From: Synechococcus elongatus PCC 6301
GTDB lineage: Bacteria > Cyanobacteriota > Cyanobacteriia > Synechococcales > Synechococcaceae
Length of the DNA: 32,000 nucleotides
Assembly (NCBI RefSeq): GCF_000010065.1
Contig: NC_006576.1
Coordinates: 1,350,001 to 1,382,000 of the forward strand
Direction of reading: 5' to 3'
Within the stretch, counting starts at the first letter, position 1. Each line of letters starts with the position of its first letter. A model generated the notes under the pieces. That model searched no databases. It was given only the letters and a program-made list of their open reading frames with translations, and was not told the DNA's origin. Below, in pieces: positions 27,384-32,000 of the stretch. A program made the translations under genes and the position numbers.

Positions 27384-28463
27384 TTAGCGGAACGGCGGCG
27401 AGTAGAGCAAACCACCATTCTTATAGAGCTGGTTGAGGCCCCGATTCAATTTCAGCGGCGACTGCTGCCCAACGTTACGCTCATAAATTTCGCCGTAGTT
27501 CCCCACCGCTTTGATGGCGCGATAGGCAAAGTCATTGCTCAGCCCCAGCTGTTGCCCGAGTTCACCCTCGAGCCCAAGGAAGCGGCGAATCTCAGGGTTC
27601 TTCGAGGTTTTGAACTGATCGATGTTGGCTTGGGTGATACCAAACTCCTCCGCCTGAATCGTGGCATTGACCACCCATTTGACAACGTCAAACCAAGGCG
27701 AGTCATTGTTGAGGGTGGCTGGGCTCAGCGGCTCTTTGGAGATCACTGCATCCAGCAATTGGTGCTGATCGGCATCGGACAAGGTCGTCCGACGGGCGGC
27801 CAGCTGAGAGCGATCGGAGGTTACCCCCTCACAACGGCCTTGGGCATAGGCAGCGTAGTTGGCATCGGAGTTCGGAAATTTAATCTCCTGATATTGGACA
27901 CCCAGCTCGCGCATCGTGTCCGCCAGATTGAGTTCCGATGTGGTGCCCGTCTCCACGCAGATTGACTTGCCCTGAAAATCCTGCAGCGATTGGATGCCAC
28001 TATTGCGCCGCACCATCAACCCTTGGCCGTCATAGAAAGTGGTTGGCGCAAACTCAAGGTTGTTGCCGCCCTTGGCATCGCGACTCAGGGTCCAAGTGGT
28101 GTTGCGCGAGAGCAAATCGACTTCACCACTTGCTAAGGCTGGAAACCGTTCAACAGAATCGAGACTGCGGTATTCGATCGCCTTGGGATCATTGAACAGT
28201 GCTGCGGCGATCGCCTTACAAATGTCGACATCCAAGCCACTGTAATTGCCCTGGGAATCAAGGAAGCTAAAGCCAGGCAGTCGGCCTTCAACTCCGCAGA
28301 GCAACTTACCGCGCGCCTGCACTTGGTTGAGGCGACTATTGCTCTCAGTCTCATTGCCACCCAAGCTACGACAGGCTGCTAGCGGTAAAAAGCAAAGCAG
28401 TACCAAAAGAAAGCGCGAGGCGATCGCAGGCATGGGTCCGCCGGATAAAAGGATCGCCTTCAT
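27384..28463 (-). CDS. aapJ: Amino-acid ABC transporter periplasmic binding protein, predicted lipoprotein
   Basis: Lipobox LPLAAC after a hydrophobic N-terminus; GKLLCGVEGRLPGFSFLDSQGNYSGLDVDICKAIAAALF, NAAYAQGRCEGVTSDRSQLAA. ATG 28433 is an alternative start. Confidence 0.9.
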   Translation of the reverse strand: MKAILLSGGPMPAIASRFLLVLLCFLPLAACRSLGGNETESNSRLNQVQARGKLLCGVEGRLPGFSFLDSQGNYSGLDVDICKAIAAALFNDPKAIEYRSLDSVERFPALASGEVDLLSRNTTWTLSRDAKGGNNLEFAPTTFYDGQGLMVRRNSGIQSLQDFQGKSICVETGTTSELNLADTMRELGVQYQEIKFPNSDANYAAYAQGRCEGVTSDRSQLAARRTTLSDADQHQLLDAVISKEPLSPATLNNDSPWFDVVKWVVNATIQAEEFGITQANIDQFKTSKNPEIRRFLGLEGELGQQLGLSNDFAYRAIKAVGNYGEIYERNVGQQSPLKLNRGLNQLYKNGGLLYSPPFR

Positions 28464-28621
28464 TCAATCACGTCTTGCCGGTTCTACCAGCCTGCCCAGC
28501 CAACGGCTGAGCCGAATTTGATCTGCATGGGATCCCAAACCTGATCTGAGAAGAGCATTGCAAAGCACTACGGCTTTCTTTCATTCCTCTTAAGGCCGAT
28601 CGACCGCCGTGATCCCCTGTC

Positions 28622-28627
28622 TATAGT
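28622..28627 (+). promoter_or_regulatory. Putative -10 element (TATAGT) for gap1
   Basis: TATAGT 27 nt upstream of ATG 28655. No clear -35 box. Confidence 0.3.
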
Positions 28628-28654
28628 CAGGGCAATTCCCCTCTCCCGGCTACC

Positions 28655-29716
28655 ATGTCCAAAATTCGTGTTGGAATTAACGGCTTTGGCCGTATTGGTC
28701 GTCTCTGCTTACGGGCTGGATTTGATGATCCGCAACTCGATTTTGTTGCGATTAACGACCTCGTTCCGGCCAAAAATCTTGCCTATCTTCTTCACTACGA
28801 CTCCACCCACGGCCGCCTACAACAAACAGTGCGGGCAGAAGAAGATCGCATTTGTGCCGGCGATCGCTGCATTCAATGTTTCTCCGAAACTGATCCGGCA
28901 GCTATTCCTTGGGGGGAGTTAGGGGTTGATGTGGTGATTGAGGCTACGGGGCGCTTCACCGATTACGCTGCCGCCAGTCGCCACCTGGAAGCAGGCGCTC
29001 AACGGGTAGTGATTTCGGCCCCGACCTCGGAGAAAGATCCCGATCGCGTTCCCACCTTCGTCTACGGCGTCAATCATCAGAACTACGACCCGCAACAGCA
29101 TCGCATTCTCTCCAACGCCAGCTGCACCACCAACTGCCTGGCTCCGATCGCCAAGGTGCTTCAAGAGCACTGCGGGATTGAAGACGGTCTGATGACTACC
29201 ATCCATGCGGTCACCGCCACCCAACCAACTGTCGATGGACCCAGCCGTAAAGATATGCGCGGCGGGCGCAGTGCGGCTCAAAACATCATTCCGGCCAGTA
29301 CGGGCGCTGCCAAAGCCGTGGGCTTGGTGCTGCCCGAACTCCAGGGTCACCTGACCGGTATGGCGTTGCGGGTTCCGACGGCGGATGTCTCGGTGGTGGA
29401 TCTGACCTTCCGTAGCCGCCAATCCACCACCTATGCCGCCATCTGTGAGGTGATGCAAAAGGCGGCCAACACCCAACTCCAAGGCATCCTGGGCTATACC
29501 GAGGATGACCTCGTTTCGAGTGACTTTATTGGCGATGCTCGGTCCAGCATTTTTGATGCCACGGCAGGCATGGCTCTCAACGATCGCTTCTTCAAAGTGA
29601 TCGCTTGGTACGACAACGAATGGGGATACAGCAACCGCATGTTGGATCTGATTCGTTATATGCGGAGCGTTGAGCAGCAGCCAGCCTGGGCTCCGCGTTC
29701 TTTGACCCCTGCGTAG
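28655..29716 (+). CDS. gap1: Glyceraldehyde-3-phosphate dehydrogenase, glycolytic (Gap1-like) type
   Basis: [25 protein letters not shown] active site, [21 protein letters not shown] at the cofactor-specificity position fits the NAD-preferring type. Confidence 0.92.
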   Translation: MSKIRVGINGFGRIGRLCLRAGFDDPQLDFVAINDLVPAKNLAYLLHYDSTHGRLQQTVRAEEDRICAGDRCIQCFSETDPAAIPWGELGVDVVIEATGRFTDYAAASRHLEAGAQRVVISAPTSEKDPDRVPTFVYGVNHQNYDPQQHRILSNASCTTNCLAPIAKVLQEHCGIEDGLMTTIHAVTATQPTVDGPSRKDMRGGRSAAQNIIPASTGAAKAVGLVLPELQGHLTGMALRVPTADVSVVDLTFRSRQSTTYAAICEVMQKAANTQLQGILGYTEDDLVSSDFIGDARSSIFDATAGMALNDRFFKVIAWYDNEWGYSNRMLDLIRYMRSVEQQPAWAPRSLTPA

Positions 29717-29727
29717 GTAGTGCCCCG

Positions 29728-32000
29728 ATGAGTGATTCCACCGCCCAACTCAGCTACGACCCCACCACGAGCTACCTCGAGCCCAGTGGCTTGGTCTGTG
29801 AGGATGAACGGACTTCTGTGACTCCCGAGACCTTGAAACGGGCTTACGAGGCCCATCTCTACTACAGCCAGGGCAAAACCTCAGCGATCGCCACCCTGCG
29901 TGATCACTACATGGCACTGGCCTACATGGTCCGCGATCGCCTCCTGCAACGGTGGCTAGCTTCACTGTCGACCTATCAACAACAGCACGTCAAAGTGGTC
30001 TGTTACCTGTCCGCTGAGTTTTTGATGGGTCGGCACCTCGAAAACTGCCTGATCAACCTGCATCTTCACGACCGCGTTCAGCAAGTTTTGGATGAACTGG
30101 GTCTCGATTTTGAGCAACTGCTAGAGAAAGAGGAAGAACCCGGGCTAGGCAACGGTGGCCTCGGTCGCCTCGCAGCTTGTTTCCTCGACTCCATGGCTAC
30201 CCTCGACATTCCTGCCGTCGGCTATGGCATTCGCTATGAGTTCGGTATCTTCCACCAAGAACTCCACAACGGCTGGCAGATCGAAATCCCCGATAACTGG
30301 CTGCGCTTTGGCAACCCTTGGGAGCTAGAGCGGCGCGAACAGGCCGTGGAAATTAAGTTGGGCGGCCACACGGAGGCCTACCACGATGCGCGAGGCCGCT
30401 ACTGCGTCTCTTGGATCCCCGATCGCGTCATTCGCGCCATCCCCTACGACACCCCCGTACCGGGCTACGACACCAATAACGTCAGCATGTTGCGGCTCTG
30501 GAAGGCTGAGGGCACCACGGAACTCAACCTTGAGGCTTTCAACTCAGGCAACTACGACGATGCGGTTGCCGACAAAATGTCGTCGGAAACGATCTCGAAG
30601 GTGCTCTATCCCAACGACAACACCCCCCAAGGGCGGGAACTGCGGCTGGAGCAGCAGTATTTCTTCGTCTCGGCTTCGCTCCAAGACATCATCCGTCGCC
30701 ACTTGATGAACCACGGTCATCTTGAGCGGCTGCATGAGGCGATCGCAGTCCAGCTTAACGACACCCATCCCAGCGTGGCGGTGCCGGAGTTGATGCGCCT
30801 CCTGATCGATGAGCATCACCTGACTTGGGACAATGCTTGGACGATTACACAGCGCACCTTCGCCTACACCAACCACACGCTGCTACCTGAAGCCTTGGAA
30901 CGCTGGCCCGTGGGCATGTTCCAGCGCACTTTACCGCGCTTGATGGAGATTATCTACGAAATCAACTGGCGCTTCTTGGCCAATGTGCGGGCCTGGTATC
31001 CCGGTGACGACACGAGAGCTCGCCGCCTCTCCCTGATTGAGGAAGGAGCTGAGCCCCAGGTGCGCATGGCTCACCTCGCCTGCGTGGGCAGTCATGCCAT
31101 CAACGGTGTGGCAGCCCTGCATACGCAACTGCTCAAGCAAGAAACCCTGCGAGATTTCTACGAGCTTTGGCCCGAGAAATTCTTCAACATGACCAACGGT
31201 GTGACGCCCCGCCGCTGGCTGCTGCAAAGTAATCCTCGCCTAGCCAACCTGATCAGCGATCGCATTGGCAATGACTGGATTCATGATCTCAGGCAACTGC
31301 GACGGCTGGAAGACAGCGTGAACGATCGCGAGTTTTTACAGCGCTGGGCAGAGGTCAAGCACCAAAATAAGGTCGATCTGAGCCGCTACATCTACCAGCA
31401 GACTCGCATAGAAGTCGATCCGCACTCTCTCTTTGATGTGCAAGTCAAACGGATTCACGAATACAAACGCCAGCTCCTCGCTGTCATGCATATCGTGACG
31501 CTCTACAACTGGCTGAAGCACAATCCCCAGCTCAACCTGGTGCCGCGCACTTTTATCTTTGCGGGCAAAGCGGCCCCGGGTTACTACCGTGCCAAGCAAA
31601 TCGTCAAACTGATCAATGCGGTCGGGAGCATCATCAACCATGATCCCGATGTCCAAGGGCGACTGAAGGTCGTCTTCCTACCTAACTTCAACGTTTCCTT
31701 GGGGCAGCGCATTTATCCAGCTGCCGATTTGTCGGAGCAAATCTCAACTGCAGGGAAAGAAGCGTCCGGCACCGGCAACATGAAGTTCACCATGAATGGC
31801 GCGCTGACAATCGGAACCTACGATGGTGCCAACATCGAGATCCGCGAGGAAGTCGGCCCCGAAAACTTCTTCCTGTTTGGCCTGCGAGCCGAAGATATCG
31901 CCCGACGCCAAAGTCGGGGCTATCGACCTGTGGAGTTCTGGAGCAGCAATGCGGAACTGCGGGCAGTCCTCGATCGCTTTAGCAGTGGTCACTTCACACC
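29728..32000 (+). CDS. glgP: Glycogen/alpha-glucan phosphorylase (3' end outside window)
   Basis: Continuous translation from ATG 29728: EEPGLGNGGLGRLAACFLDSMATL, VQLNDTHPSVAVPELMRLL, GVTPRRWL, VKRIHEYKRQLL, GKEASGTGNMKFTMNGALTIGTYDGANIEI. Missing from the ORF track because no stop occurs in the window. Confidence 0.96.
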   Translation, partial: MSDSTAQLSYDPTTSYLEPSGLVCEDERTSVTPETLKRAYEAHLYYSQGKTSAIATLRDHYMALAYMVRDRLLQRWLASLSTYQQQHVKVVCYLSAEFLMGRHLENCLINLHLHDRVQQVLDELGLDFEQLLEKEEEPGLGNGGLGRLAACFLDSMATLDIPAVGYGIRYEFGIFHQELHNGWQIEIPDNWLRFGNPWELERREQAVEIKLGGHTEAYHDARGRYCVSWIPDRVIRAIPYDTPVPGYDTNNVSMLRLWKAEGTTELNLEAFNSGNYDDAVADKMSSETISKVLYPNDNTPQGRELRLEQQYFFVSASLQDIIRRHLMNHGHLERLHEAIAVQLNDTHPSVAVPELMRLLIDEHHLTWDNAWTITQRTFAYTNHTLLPEALERWPVGMFQRTLPRLMEIIYEINWRFLANVRAWYPGDDTRARRLSLIEEGAEPQVRMAHLACVGSHAINGVAALHTQLLKQETLRDFYELWPEKFFNMTNGVTPRRWLLQSNPRLANLISDRIGNDWIHDLRQLRRLEDSVNDREFLQRWAEVKHQNKVDLSRYIYQQTRIEVDPHSLFDVQVKRIHEYKRQLLAVMHIVTLYNWLKHNPQLNLVPRTFIFAGKAAPGYYRAKQIVKLINAVGSIINHDPDVQGRLKVVFLPNFNVSLGQRIYPAADLSEQISTAGKEASGTGNMKFTMNGALTIGTYDGANIEIREEVGPENFFLFGLRAEDIARRQSRGYRPVEFWSSNAELRAVLDRFSSGHFT

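Noticed and set aside
28464-28654. Search for an NtcA site (GTAN8TAC) between aapJ and gap1
   Set aside because: No GTAN8TAC match seen in the intergenic region, so nitrogen control through a canonical NtcA box is not supported here.
1-32000. CRISPR arrays, tRNAs, rRNAs, transposases, integrases or prophage genes
   Set aside because: No regularly spaced repeats, cloverleaf-like sequence or mobile-element proteins were recognised in the sequence or ORFs. A covariance or repeat-finder scan was not possible.

Overview
This is a gene-dense cyanobacterial chromosomal window. HIP1 octamers (GCGATCGC) are frequent and the proteins are CP12, ClpC, CdaA and GlgP; the sequence looks like Synechococcus elongatus (inference, not searched). 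From left to right: 3' part of a glcD-type FAD oxidase; a HepT/MntA-type toxin-antitoxin pair at the distal end of a minus-strand run of glycosyltransferase-TPR, cobA, hemD and coaE; an alpha/beta hydrolase; a MEKHLA-domain protein; rsmG; an unlisted 45-aa small ORF; a membrane J-domain protein with an overlapping small gene; lysA-cdaA-uppS; rimI; clpC with a terminator; a small Pro/Ala/Thr-rich linker protein with a possible HLR1 (RpaB) box upstream; a VOC protein; a DUF92/VTE6-like membrane protein; an M20 amidohydrolase with an apparent 1-nt frameshift near its 3' end; a DUF815-type AAA+ ATPase; gyrA; a divergent Hsp20-like protein; cp12; a DEDDh exonuclease; a pentapeptide-repeat protein; an amino-acid ABC transporter operon; gap1; and glgP running off the right edge. 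I found no tRNA, rRNA, CRISPR array, transposase or prophage. Nothing here clearly amounts to a wholly new system. The best leads are the amidohydrolase frameshift, the 45-aa ORF, the HepT/MntA pair, the HLR1-like box and the Hsp20-like gene next to cp12.
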